IMG/VR virus record: IMGVR_UViG_3300020469_003050
Span: 62,001-126,000 of that record
Strand: one strand, 5' to 3'
Length of the DNA: 64,000 nt
Shown here: positions 1 through 9,201 of the stretch, in pieces
Layout of the letters: every line of letters begins with the position of its first letter
Numbering within the stretch: the stretch's first letter is position 1
Position numbers and translations under genes: made by a program
Notes under the pieces: generated by a model
What the model was told of the DNA's origin: nothing
Database searches by the model: none
What the model saw: the letters and a program-made list of their open reading frames with translations, nothing else

Positions 1-672
1 CGTTATGCAATGCTTATTTTTGATGATGAGGGTGTAAGAAAAGACGTAGATGGTAAACCTGGTAAAGTAAAAGCTATGGGTCTCGACTTGAAACGTAGTG
101 ATACTCCTGATTATATGCAGAACTTTTTGAGTGATGTTCTTGTTAAAATTTTAACAGACGGAACGGAACAAGACGTAATCGAAATGGTTAAAGAGTTTAA
201 AAAAGAATTCAGAGCAAAGCCTGGTTGGGAAAAGGGTACTCCTAAACGTGTTAACAATCTTACTATGTATAGAAATAAAGTAAAAAAGATTGCAAAGCAA
301 CAAGGCAAAGATTTCAAACTAGAAGGCGAAGATAATAAGAAAGATAAAATTCATTTGCCAGGTCATGTCAGTGCGGCTTTGAATTGGAATACATTACGTG
401 AACTTCATGCAGACAAATACTCTATTGAGATTGTTGATGGTATGAAAACTATTGTATGTAAACTAAAACCTAATGCGTTAAAAATGACAAGTGTTGCATA
501 TCCAATTGATGAAAAACGTATCCCTGAATGGTTTCAAGAACTTCCTTTTGATGATGAGTTAATGGAAGCAACAATCATTGATAAGAAACTAGATAATCTT
601 ATTGGTGTTCTTAAGTGGGACCTAAGTGATGCTGATGCATCTGAACAATTTACAAATCTATTTGAGTTTTAA
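1..672 (+). CDS. Family B DNA polymerase, C-terminal part (5' truncated; T4 gp43-like)
   Basis: Frame 1 is open from base 1 (RYAML..., tail of the PolB KKRYA motif); KAMGLDLKRSDTP matches the PolB K.KG.E..RS.TP motif; clamp-binding-like C-terminus (LFEF). Confidence 0.9.
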   Translation, partial: RYAMLIFDDEGVRKDVDGKPGKVKAMGLDLKRSDTPDYMQNFLSDVLVKILTDGTEQDVIEMVKEFKKEFRAKPGWEKGTPKRVNNLTMYRNKVKKIAKQQGKDFKLEGEDNKKDKIHLPGHVSAALNWNTLRELHADKYSIEIVDGMKTIVCKLKPNALKMTSVAYPIDEKRIPEWFQELPFDDELMEATIIDKKLDNLIGVLKWDLSDADASEQFTNLFEF

Positions 673-1455
673 ATGTGTAAAGTAGGAATAGTCGGGTCTA
701 GTTATAGTGTAGGCAGACATCATAATTATGAAACTAAAGAAAACAATTTAGCATTGCCTTTCGAAGAATGGCTAAATCAATACACAACTAATATAAAGTT
801 TTTTAATTCTGCTTGTTCAAGCAAAGGTACAGAACTTTACCTAAATAAGATTGTGTACTTAAAAGAAAAACATGACATTGATATTTTATTAATGGAGTTA
901 GTAAACAATAGGTCACAGTTGAACTTTAAATGTCTTAGTCAACCTTATAAAAGAATAGAAGAAGTAAGTGATATGTCTGTTATCGAAGATGATGTGTATA
1001 GAGATTCAGCATCTATGTATGAATTTATGAGAGCATTAACGCAAGATATGGAAGAAGACTGGTTTGCAAAAACTAAGAAGGCTTTTATGTATTGGAAAGA
1101 AACACAAGAACAAATGGCTGTAAGCAATATGTCATTAGAATTTTGGGGTATGTTAGATGTATATCAAGCAATCAAACTATGTAAACTATTGAATATAAAA
1201 GTTGTAACATGGCATAAGTCTTGGGACTTTTTTGTTCATCCAGGCTTTAAATCAATGTTGGGTGATTCACTGTATGTAGATTTTAATGGTAAGAATGCAC
1301 ACGATTATTACGCAGAAAAGTATGGTGAAGAAAAAATACTTTGTGATGAAACACACTTTAATGACTTTGCCAATGAAGAAATGGTAAGAGACTTTATTGC
1401 ACCTGTATTAGAAAGAGCAAAAAAGATTGTTAATGTTAACAGGATGTCAAGGTAA
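673..1455 (+). CDS. Hypothetical protein, SGNH/GDSL-like
   Basis: N-terminal GIVGSSYS and C-terminal DETH resemble SGNH blocks I and V. Confidence 0.45.
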   Translation: MCKVGIVGSSYSVGRHHNYETKENNLALPFEEWLNQYTTNIKFFNSACSSKGTELYLNKIVYLKEKHDIDILLMELVNNRSQLNFKCLSQPYKRIEEVSDMSVIEDDVYRDSASMYEFMRALTQDMEEDWFAKTKKAFMYWKETQEQMAVSNMSLEFWGMLDVYQAIKLCKLLNIKVVTWHKSWDFFVHPGFKSMLGDSLYVDFNGKNAHDYYAEKYGEEKILCDETHFNDFANEEMVRDFIAPVLERAKKIVNVNRMSR

Positions 1456-2000
1456 TGTCATACACTGAACTAATAAATCGTAGAGCAACTAATGAGTCTT
1501 CTGATGAATGTTACACTCCAGAAGACCAAGTTATGCCTTTACTCAAATACTTGGATAAGGAGAAAACTTATTATGAAGCGACTAGTGAAAGAAGTGGTAG
1601 CATTGTGTCGGGATTTCGAAAATTCGGTTATTCTATTGTGCCTTCTGGCTCTAGGGATTTCTTTGATTGTACACGGAGTGATGTCTTTGATGGCATTATA
1701 ACAAATCCACCGTATAGTAAGAAAGACCAGTTTTTAGAACACTGCTATTCTTTAGAAAAACCCTTTGCATTATTACTTCCTGTTACAAGTTTTCAGGGTG
1801 CGAAGCGAGGGAAGATGTTTATGGACAAGGGAATGTCTGCACTTGTGTATAACTATAGGATAGATTTTACTGGAAAAGGATCACCTACTTTTGGGAATGC
1901 TTGGTTTATATGGGGTTTTATGCCTCCTAATCAAATACATTGGGTAGATAATCCAGTAGCAGGAAAAGTTAAAAAGAGTATTGACATTGGTATTGATTAG
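1455..2000 (+). CDS. Putative N6-adenine DNA methyltransferase (small phage type)
   Basis: DECYTP near the N-terminus and NPPYS catalytic motif. Confidence 0.7.
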   Translation: MSYTELINRRATNESSDECYTPEDQVMPLLKYLDKEKTYYEATSERSGSIVSGFRKFGYSIVPSGSRDFFDCTRSDVFDGIITNPPYSKKDQFLEHCYSLEKPFALLLPVTSFQGAKRGKMFMDKGMSALVYNYRIDFTGKGSPTFGNAWFIWGFMPPNQIHWVDNPVAGKVKKSIDIGID

Positions 2001-2009
2001 TGTTAATAT
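1981..2009 (+). promoter_or_regulatory. sigma70-like promoter for clamp gene
   Basis: TTGACA-N17-TAATAT, followed by an AGGAG RBS. Confidence 0.55.
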
Positions 2010-2040
2010 AGTATATTAAACCATAAGGAGAACTAATAAC

Positions 2041-2796
2041 ATGCAAGATATATTAAAAGATATCGTTAAACATACGCATTCGTTAGGTATTATTCAAGCG
2101 GCTAAGGTCACTACAGATGATACTGGTACAACGATTGATGCTATGGATGATGATAGAACAGTGGTGTTAAGGGGTAAACTACATACACCAGTAGCAGAGT
2201 TTAAAGGTAAGTTTGGTCTTGGTAGACTAGGCGTACTAAGTGGTTATCTTAATTACGAGGGAGAAGATAATCAAGGTAAAACAGTGAAAGCTGGTGTCGA
2301 AGTAGGACATGAAGAACGTAATGGTGAAATGGTTCCTACTCAACTATCGTTTTCAATTCCAGGTGCAATGGAATCAACTTATCGTGTAATCGTAAGTGAA
2401 CTGGTAGATGCACAAATCAAAACTGCAAACTTCAAAGGTGCTAAATGGGACGTTGAAGTTATGCCAACACAAAAAGCAATCAAGGACTTACAATACTTTT
2501 CAGGTATTCTAGGAGCCTATGATCCACTATTTACTGTTAAGACAGTAGACGGTGTACTGAAATTCTTTATCGGTGACCGTTCAACTGACAGAGTAGAACT
2601 TCCATTCGCACAGAATGTAAACGGTGAACTAAACACTGGTTGGAGTTTCCCTCTATCAACTGTATTAACAATCTTGAAACTTGGTGATACTAGCACGATG
2701 AGTGTTAAAATTTCAGACCAAGGTGCAATGATGATACAAGTAGACAGTGGCATTGGACTCTACGAATACATCTTACCAGCTAAATCAGGTAACTAG
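2041..2796 (+). CDS. DNA polymerase sliding clamp (gp45/PCNA-like)
   Basis: 251 aa, clamp-like beta-rich pattern ending in YEYILPA; next to PolB. Confidence 0.65.
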   Translation: MQDILKDIVKHTHSLGIIQAAKVTTDDTGTTIDAMDDDRTVVLRGKLHTPVAEFKGKFGLGRLGVLSGYLNYEGEDNQGKTVKAGVEVGHEERNGEMVPTQLSFSIPGAMESTYRVIVSELVDAQIKTANFKGAKWDVEVMPTQKAIKDLQYFSGILGAYDPLFTVKTVDGVLKFFIGDRSTDRVELPFAQNVNGELNTGWSFPLSTVLTILKLGDTSTMSVKISDQGAMMIQVDSGIGLYEYILPAKSGN

Positions 2797-2799
2797 AAA

Positions 2800-4341
2800 G
2801 TGATTGACTTAGGTAGAAATAATCTAAGTTCCGGTTATGCAATCTTCTTGCCGGCTATTTCGAATTTCTATGTTCGTAAAATCTCTCAACATTATGCGGA
2901 CAAAACAGATATGTTCCCACCAGAACGTATTCCAAAAGGTTTCGAACACGGCTTAGACGGATTAAATATACTGGACAAAGATAAAGGCTATGTGCATTAT
3001 TCTCATGGTCTTTATTCGGCAGGTCATGCCAATCTTGATTTAGAAGGTTCTAAAATCGATGATGGAATGGTTGTCAATCGTAACAGAGAAAACACAGTAC
3101 TAGTAGGAGATTCAGGAGGCTATCAGATTGGTAGTGGTGCTTGGAAACTTGACTGGTCTCAGTTTGAAAATGGTGCAGATTGGCAAAAGACAAGATGTGG
3201 TATTATGACATGGTTAGAAGAATACTGTGATTATAGTATGACACTTGATATTCCTATGTGGGGTTATCTTCCACAGTATCGTGATAAAACAGGTTTAAAA
3301 TCTGCTGATGAATGTTTAGAGAAAACAATATTCAATCACAAATTTTTTATTGATAACCGTATCCCGGGTAAAACTAAGTTTCTCAATACACTACATGGTG
3401 CTAATTGGGATACTAGTGAGAAATGGTATCAGGCAGTCAAACAATTCAATGATCCTAAAGTCTATGGCGATAGAGCATTTGAAGGTTGGGCTATGGCTGG
3501 TGACCATGCCGGTGATGCAGAACTTCTGCTAAGGCGATTAATCACAATGCGTGATGATGGCATGTTAGCAGGTGACGATGTTTGGATACACGTTCTAGGC
3601 ATTAGCGTTCTCCCATGGGGTTGTTTCTTAACAGCCATTCAAAGACAACTAAGAGAGCATGTTAATCCAAATATCACAATATCTTTTGATGCGGCCTCTC
3701 CCTATATAACTGCATCTAAAGGTTTGGCATACGATTATCCTGACTTGAGCGGAGGTGCTTGGTCTTATAAAACTAAAAAGTTGAACTGGAGACAAGATAT
3801 TTCTAATCCGGATCAACCTTGGATGTATGAAGGTGCTATTGGTTCACGACTTAATATGCGTGATATCAACTACATGCAACCAGGTATGTTGAATAGGAAC
3901 AAGAAGGAAGCAAAATCAAGTTGGGATAGTCTATCCTATATATTAATTCAAGCACATAATACGGAGTATCATATTCGAGGTATGCAAGATGCATTACGTA
4001 GATTCGACCACGAATATGAAATGTTACGTGACAAGATTGATATTCACAACATGAATTTAGGTAAAACTAATGTGTTAAGTGATGTTGTACCTGATACAGT
4101 ATTGTACTTTGCAAAGTTTGTTGAAGAACTTTTTGTATCAGATAAACCAATGGACATGTTAAGTGATTTTAAAGCATTTTTACGTAAGTGTGAAGGATCA
4201 CGTGTTCAAAACATTTCGACAACTCCAGACTTTATGGAGTTTGAGGAAGCAAACGTTAAGACAGATGAATTTGTAGAAGCCGTAAAAGGTAAACGTAAAG
4301 AATACGAAACACCTGATACAGTATCAGACTTATTTGGTTAA
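2800..4341 (+). CDS. tRNA-guanine transglycosylase-like protein (DpdA-like 7-deazaguanine insertase)
   Basis: TGT motifs GDSGGYQI, MTLDIP, HVLG and SFDAASP; clustered with folE/queD/queE. Confidence 0.75.
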   Translation: MIDLGRNNLSSGYAIFLPAISNFYVRKISQHYADKTDMFPPERIPKGFEHGLDGLNILDKDKGYVHYSHGLYSAGHANLDLEGSKIDDGMVVNRNRENTVLVGDSGGYQIGSGAWKLDWSQFENGADWQKTRCGIMTWLEEYCDYSMTLDIPMWGYLPQYRDKTGLKSADECLEKTIFNHKFFIDNRIPGKTKFLNTLHGANWDTSEKWYQAVKQFNDPKVYGDRAFEGWAMAGDHAGDAELLLRRLITMRDDGMLAGDDVWIHVLGISVLPWGCFLTAIQRQLREHVNPNITISFDAASPYITASKGLAYDYPDLSGGAWSYKTKKLNWRQDISNPDQPWMYEGAIGSRLNMRDINYMQPGMLNRNKKEAKSSWDSLSYILIQAHNTEYHIRGMQDALRRFDHEYEMLRDKIDIHNMNLGKTNVLSDVVPDTVLYFAKFVEELFVSDKPMDMLSDFKAFLRKCEGSRVQNISTTPDFMEFEEANVKTDEFVEAVKGKRKEYETPDTVSDLFG

Positions 4342-4362
4342 CGATAAAAGGAGGAACTAACT

Positions 4363-5655
4363 ATGTTAGAAAAACTTTTTGGATTATCTAAAAAGAATAC
4401 GACCGTCAGAACGGAAGTTATGGCCGGTCTTGCGACATTCCTTACTATGGCATATATCACAGTCGTAAACCCTGCGATTTTGTCAACCGAAGGTACTGGA
4501 ATGGATTTTGGTGCAGTATTCACCGCTACAATTATTGCGGCGGTAGTGGGTACCTTAATCATGGGACTATGGGCTAATTGGCCTGTAGCACTTGCTCCAG
4601 GAATGGGACTGAATGCCTTCTTTGCATTCGGTGTTATTTTTGGTATGGGTTACACATATCAACAAGCATTAGCGGCTGTGTTTATCGCAGGTGTTGTGTT
4701 TCTTGGTTTGAGTATGACACCAGCACGAAGGTATATTATTAATAGTATCCCGAAAGGCATGAAGCTAGGTATAGGAGCAGGTATTGGTCTGTTCTTAGCT
4801 ATTATCGGTCTTAAGAATGCAGGTGTCGTTGTTGATAATCCAGCAACACTAGTTGGACTAGGAGACATTTCTAGTTGGCCAGTATTACTTGCAGGTCTAG
4901 GTTTTGCATTAATGGCAATCTTAGATAAGCGAGGAGTACCAGGTTCAATTATTATTGGTATCTTAGCCGTAAGTGTGATTGCTTGGATCACAGGTATCGC
5001 TGACCTTAATGGTGTAGTTGGTGCAGTTCCAAGTCCAGCACATGCATTTACATTAGACTTTAGTTTGATTGCAACAGCCGGTTTCATCGGTGTAGCATTT
5101 GCATTCTTATTTGTTGATTTCTTTGATACGGCAGGTACACTTACAAGTGTTGCCAACCTTACAGGGAAAGTGAATAAGAAGGGAGAAGTAGAAGGTATCG
5201 ACAGAGCCCTTCTAGCAGATTCAACTGCAACAACTATTGGTGCTTTAGCAGGTACTAGTAACACAACTTCATATATTGAAAGTGGTGCTGGTATTAAAGA
5301 AGGTGGTAAGACAGGATTAACTGCGGTTGTCGTAGCAATCTTGTTTGCATTGTGTTTGGTGTTAGCACCATTGGCACAAAGCATTCCAGCATATGCAACT
5401 GCACCTGCGTTAGTCTTTATCGCTACGTATTTCTTACGTAATCTTAAAGATATTAATTGGGATGATGTAAGTGAATATGCACCAGCAGTATTGGCGGCAA
5501 TTATCATGCCACTAACATTTAATATTGCTTATGGTATTGCTTTAGGCTTTATTGCTCATGTAGTAATCAAAGCGGCAAGTGGTAGACATAGTGAACTTAA
5601 TATGGGTTCTCTTGCTATTGCGGCAGTATCAGTACTCTATTTTGTAGTACAATAA
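4363..5655 (+). CDS. NCS2/AzgA family purine permease
   Basis: TEVMAGLATFLTMAYI..VNP, APGMGLNAFF, DFFDTAGT and YIESGAGI..GGKTGL; many TM segments. Confidence 0.92.
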   Translation: MLEKLFGLSKKNTTVRTEVMAGLATFLTMAYITVVNPAILSTEGTGMDFGAVFTATIIAAVVGTLIMGLWANWPVALAPGMGLNAFFAFGVIFGMGYTYQQALAAVFIAGVVFLGLSMTPARRYIINSIPKGMKLGIGAGIGLFLAIIGLKNAGVVVDNPATLVGLGDISSWPVLLAGLGFALMAILDKRGVPGSIIIGILAVSVIAWITGIADLNGVVGAVPSPAHAFTLDFSLIATAGFIGVAFAFLFVDFFDTAGTLTSVANLTGKVNKKGEVEGIDRALLADSTATTIGALAGTSNTTSYIESGAGIKEGGKTGLTAVVVAILFALCLVLAPLAQSIPAYATAPALVFIATYFLRNLKDINWDDVSEYAPAVLAAIIMPLTFNIAYGIALGFIAHVVIKAASGRHSELNMGSLAIAAVSVLYFVVQ

Positions 5656-5664
5656 GATAAGTAT

Positions 5665-5691
5665 TTATAGGGGAGCATTGTTCCCCTATAA
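5665..5691 (+). terminator. Hairpin after permease
   Basis: TTATAGGGGA-gcattgt-TCCCCTATAA inverted repeat. Confidence 0.5.
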
Positions 5692-5719
5692 TCCAACATT
5701 TTTAACTAAGGAGGACAAA

Positions 5720-5923
5720 ATGGCATCAGGACAAAGAGCATTCGCTAAAAAGAAAGCACACAGACTTGAAAAACTCAGAGCGGTCCACAGGGCACTTGAC
5801 AATCAGATTAAAAAAGATTATAATAAGTATCAAGACGTTCAAGGCAAAAAGGTTGAAAAATTGAAATTAAAAGAAGAAATTGTATCCCTAGAAAATGAAT
5901 TAGGGTCACAGTTAAATGGGTAG
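5720..5923 (+). CDS. Small coiled-coil protein (DUF465-like)
   Basis: GAGGA RBS before ATG 5720; HRALDNQI...KKVEKLKLKEEI pattern. Confidence 0.55.
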   Translation: MASGQRAFAKKKAHRLEKLRAVHRALDNQIKKDYNKYQDVQGKKVEKLKLKEEIVSLENELGSQLNG

Positions 5924-6368
5924 TTACTATAACTACATGCTAAACGAAAGTAGAAAGGCTAATATGGAAGATGATATTAAAAAACAAAAACAAAATGCAA
6001 CAAGATGGATTTGGGTTACATTTCAGAAAGAAGGTATACACAAGTATCCAGCGGCACTTGATGACCCTGCGTTAGCAACTGGCGATGAGTATGATGTTAG
6101 TTTTCTAGGATATCCTCATAGACATATCTTTCATTTTCGTGTAGCAATTACAGTTACACACAACGACAGGGATATTGAGTTTATTCAATTCAAACGTTGG
6201 CTAGAGAAACTATATGCAGAGAAGACTTTAGAACTAGATTACAAGTCATGTGAAATGATGAGTGATGATTTGTTTGATAAGATTGCAGATAAGTATCCCG
6301 GTCGTAGTGTTAAAATTGAAGTATCCGAAGATGGAGAAAATGGGGCTTTGATTGAATATGGAACTTGA
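5916..6368 (+). CDS. queD: QueD-like T-fold enzyme (6-carboxytetrahydropterin synthase-like)
   Basis: HKYP...HRHIFH metal-binding His motif, SCEMM and EVSEDGEN; in a folE/queE cluster. Confidence 0.65.
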   Translation: MGSYYNYMLNESRKANMEDDIKKQKQNATRWIWVTFQKEGIHKYPAALDDPALATGDEYDVSFLGYPHRHIFHFRVAITVTHNDRDIEFIQFKRWLEKLYAEKTLELDYKSCEMMSDDLFDKIADKYPGRSVKIEVSEDGENGALIEYGT

Positions 6369-6918
6369 TTATAAAAATTCTCTAGCAGAAGATATACAAG
6401 CAATGGTTCGGGTAGTTCCGGACCATCCTAAACCTGGCATCATGTATCAAGACATGGCAAGTATTTTTAATCACCAAGATGGTTTATCTAAATGCATGAC
6501 ACTTATAAAAGATTGGATGTATGCTACTCAAGTAGCTTATAATTACACTCGAATCGTAGGATTAGAAGCACGTGGGTTTCCTTTAGCAGGATACTTAAGT
6601 GCAGATATGAATAGACCATTTGCTATGGCTAGAAAAAAAGGCAAGTTACCAGGACCAACAATTTTTACAGAATATGAACTTGAATACGGTACGGACGAAC
6701 TACACCTACAAACTGATTCAGTGTTAGAAGGCGACCGTGTTCTAGTACTTGATGATGTTATTGCAACCGGTGGAACACTGGAAGCAGTAACGTCATTGAT
6801 TACACGTATGGGTGCAGAAACAATAGGAATAGGAAGTATAATGGACTTGACTTTCTTAGGTGGTTCTGCTAAACTAAAATCTAAGGGATACAATGTTTAT
6901 AGTATCTTAAAGGAGTAG
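6358..6918 (+). CDS. apt: Adenine phosphoribosyltransferase-like
   Basis: PDHPKPGI, GLEARGF, RKKGKLPG, YELEYG and PRPP motif VLDDVIATGGT. Confidence 0.9.
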   Translation: MELDYKNSLAEDIQAMVRVVPDHPKPGIMYQDMASIFNHQDGLSKCMTLIKDWMYATQVAYNYTRIVGLEARGFPLAGYLSADMNRPFAMARKKGKLPGPTIFTEYELEYGTDELHLQTDSVLEGDRVLVLDDVIATGGTLEAVTSLITRMGAETIGIGSIMDLTFLGGSAKLKSKGYNVYSILKE

Positions 6919-6919
6919 T

Positions 6920-7351
6920 ATGTTAATTAATATTTTATGGGCTTCAATGACTGGTAATGCAGAAGACGTTGCAGATAATTTTGAAGTGATTGCTAAGAAA
7001 AGAAATCATGAGGTCAACTTAGTTGAACTCAACGATGTAACTGCTGATAAACTACAAGAAATGAAACTTGCAGTTGTGGTTACATCAACTACAGGTGATG
7101 GTGATTTGCCTCATAATGGTGACGAGTTTTGGGATTGGTTAGAGAACTCAACTAGTCAATTTAAAAATCTTACATATTCTGTTTGTGCATTAGGTGATAG
7201 TTCACATCAGACTTTTTGTGGAGCAGGTAATAAAATAAACAGTAAACTAGATGAACTAGGTGCAACACGTATTAAAAATATTATAGAATGTGATTGTGGC
7301 ACTGAAGGTTCAGAAGAATGGTTTAAAGAACTACTAAAGGAAATTGAATGA
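6920..7351 (+). CDS. Flavodoxin
   Basis: SMTGNAE, TSTTGDGDLP and LGDSSH..FCGAG. Confidence 0.9.
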   Translation: MLINILWASMTGNAEDVADNFEVIAKKRNHEVNLVELNDVTADKLQEMKLAVVVTSTTGDGDLPHNGDEFWDWLENSTSQFKNLTYSVCALGDSSHQTFCGAGNKINSKLDELGATRIKNIIECDCGTEGSEEWFKELLKEIE

Positions 7352-8430
7352 TATATCTTGTAGATTTGGAAAGTGTTGAATCCCGCTACACTAAGCAATG
7401 GAAGACACATTTCCCAAAAGTTCTTGGAAGCAACGGTTTGAATGTGACGGTGATAGACGGCCCTAGGGCAGGCATTCCCGAAGCCACTACACCCGGTGCT
7501 TTTCTGAACTTTGGTGGTACAAACATCTACAAGGCGGCACAGATAACAAAAATATCTCAAATGTTTTGCGAAGGCAAAATCAAAGATGGTGATTACTTTT
7601 TGTATGCTGATGCCTGGAACCCTACAGTAATACAGTTAAAATATATGGCTGAATTACTTGGGGTGAAAATCCGGATTGGGGGTATGTGGCATGCAGGTTC
7701 GTATGACCCTCAAGACTTTCTAGGAAGATTGATAGGGAACCAACCATGGGTCCGAAATGCTGAAATGTCAATGTATGAATGTTTCGATGATAACTACTTT
7801 GCAACTAAATTTCATATTGACATGTTTACCCAGACATTTTTTGAGGACGATAGGGATATCGACCGGCAACTCCTTCACTCTATTCGACAAGTGGGTTGGC
7901 CTATGGAATATATAGAAAGCGATTTAGCAAACTATAAAGGTATGGCGAAAGAGGACATGATATTATTTCCTCACAGGTTAGCGCCTGAAAAGCAACCAGA
8001 AGTTTTTGACTATCTCTCAGAGCAAATGCCTGAGTATAATTGGGTAAAGTGTCAAGAACTTAATCTATCTAAGGAAGAATACCACACAATGCTTGGTAAG
8101 GCGAAAATGGTTTTTAGTGCCAACTTACAAGAGACTTTGGGTATATCTGTATTTGAAGGACTTGTAGTTGGTGCTATACCATTAGTACCAGACAGACTAT
8201 CTTATACAGAAATGTGGTCAGATACGTTTAAATATCCTAGTGAATGGACAACTAGTTTAGATGCAGTAAAAGAGAATATAGAACAGATTAAAACGCATAT
8301 TCGTATCTTAATGAATAAGAACTCAGATATGAGCGAATCTATGAATAAAGAAATTGAGAATGTACGTAACTTTTATTCAGTAAATGACTTAGTTACTGAA
8401 TTGCATAAATATAACGAAATTAATGATTGA
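7348..8430 (+). CDS. GT-B (family 1/4-like) glycosyltransferase
   Basis: FPHRLAPEKQP and QETLGISVFEG..GAIPLVP C-terminal GT-B motifs. Confidence 0.75.
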   Translation: MIYLVDLESVESRYTKQWKTHFPKVLGSNGLNVTVIDGPRAGIPEATTPGAFLNFGGTNIYKAAQITKISQMFCEGKIKDGDYFLYADAWNPTVIQLKYMAELLGVKIRIGGMWHAGSYDPQDFLGRLIGNQPWVRNAEMSMYECFDDNYFATKFHIDMFTQTFFEDDRDIDRQLLHSIRQVGWPMEYIESDLANYKGMAKEDMILFPHRLAPEKQPEVFDYLSEQMPEYNWVKCQELNLSKEEYHTMLGKAKMVFSANLQETLGISVFEGLVVGAIPLVPDRLSYTEMWSDTFKYPSEWTTSLDAVKENIEQIKTHIRILMNKNSDMSESMNKEIENVRNFYSVNDLVTELHKYNEIND

Positions 8431-8455
8431 CATTAAACTCCCACTCATGTATAAT
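8427..8455 (+). promoter_or_regulatory. Consensus sigma70 promoter upstream of folE
   Basis: TTGACA-N17-TATAAT, exact consensus. Confidence 0.75.
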
Positions 8456-8522
8456 AATAACTGTATATGGGTGGGTTTACCACCATACAGTATACAACTA
8501 AAATATAAGGAACATAGTATAA

Positions 8523-9200
8523 ATGAAAAAGACTTCCGAAATAATCAGAGAGCGGATCAAATCTGCTAAAGGCAAGTTTCATAGTAACGATAATATAGCC
8601 GATTTCATCGAACCGGGTGAAATGGAATCACTTCAAAACGAAGTACAAACTTCAATGCAACAAGTATTAGAAAGTTTAGTTATCGATACAGAGAACGACC
8701 ACAACACACAAGAAACCGCAAAACGTGTAGCTAAAATGTTTTTACATGAAACATTTGGTGGGCGTTATGTACCAGAACCAAGAGTAACAAGTTTTCCTAA
8801 TATGGGATATAACAACTTGTATACGACAGGTCCAATTACTATTCGTAGTACTTGTGCCCATCACTTTCAAAATATTGTAGGTAGATGTTGGGTAGGTATC
8901 TTTCCAGAAGAAGAAGTTATTGGACTATCTAAGTTTAATAGACTTGTTCATCACATTGCAGAAAGACCTCAAATTCAAGAAGAAATGACAACACAAATTG
9001 CGGAGAAACTTGTACAGTATTCTAAGACTCCAAACGTTGCAGTTGTTGTTAAAGCAGAACATCATTGCATGACACATAGAGGTGTTAAAGAACACGAAAG
9101 CGATATGACTACGGCAATTATGTTAGGCAAATTTAGAGAGGATTCAAATCTTAAGCAAGAGTTTTATAATCTAATGCTTAGTATGAAAGGGCACAAATAG
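8523..9200 (+). CDS. folE: GTP cyclohydrolase I
   Basis: TAKRVAKM, STCAHH, GLSKFNR, PQIQE and HHCM..RGV. Confidence 0.95.
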   Translation: MKKTSEIIRERIKSAKGKFHSNDNIADFIEPGEMESLQNEVQTSMQQVLESLVIDTENDHNTQETAKRVAKMFLHETFGGRYVPEPRVTSFPNMGYNNLYTTGPITIRSTCAHHFQNIVGRCWVGIFPEEEVIGLSKFNRLVHHIAERPQIQEEMTTQIAEKLVQYSKTPNVAVVVKAEHHCMTHRGVKEHESDMTTAIMLGKFREDSNLKQEFYNLMLSMKGHK

Positions 9201-9201
9201 A

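Noticed and set aside
4659-5507. 282-aa minus-strand ORF
   Set aside because: Antisense shadow of the well-supported permease.
8461-8501. preQ1-I riboswitch upstream of folE (5-bp stem plus AACTAA)
   Set aside because: The loop is only 5 nt and the A-rich tail is missing, so it does not fit the class I consensus.
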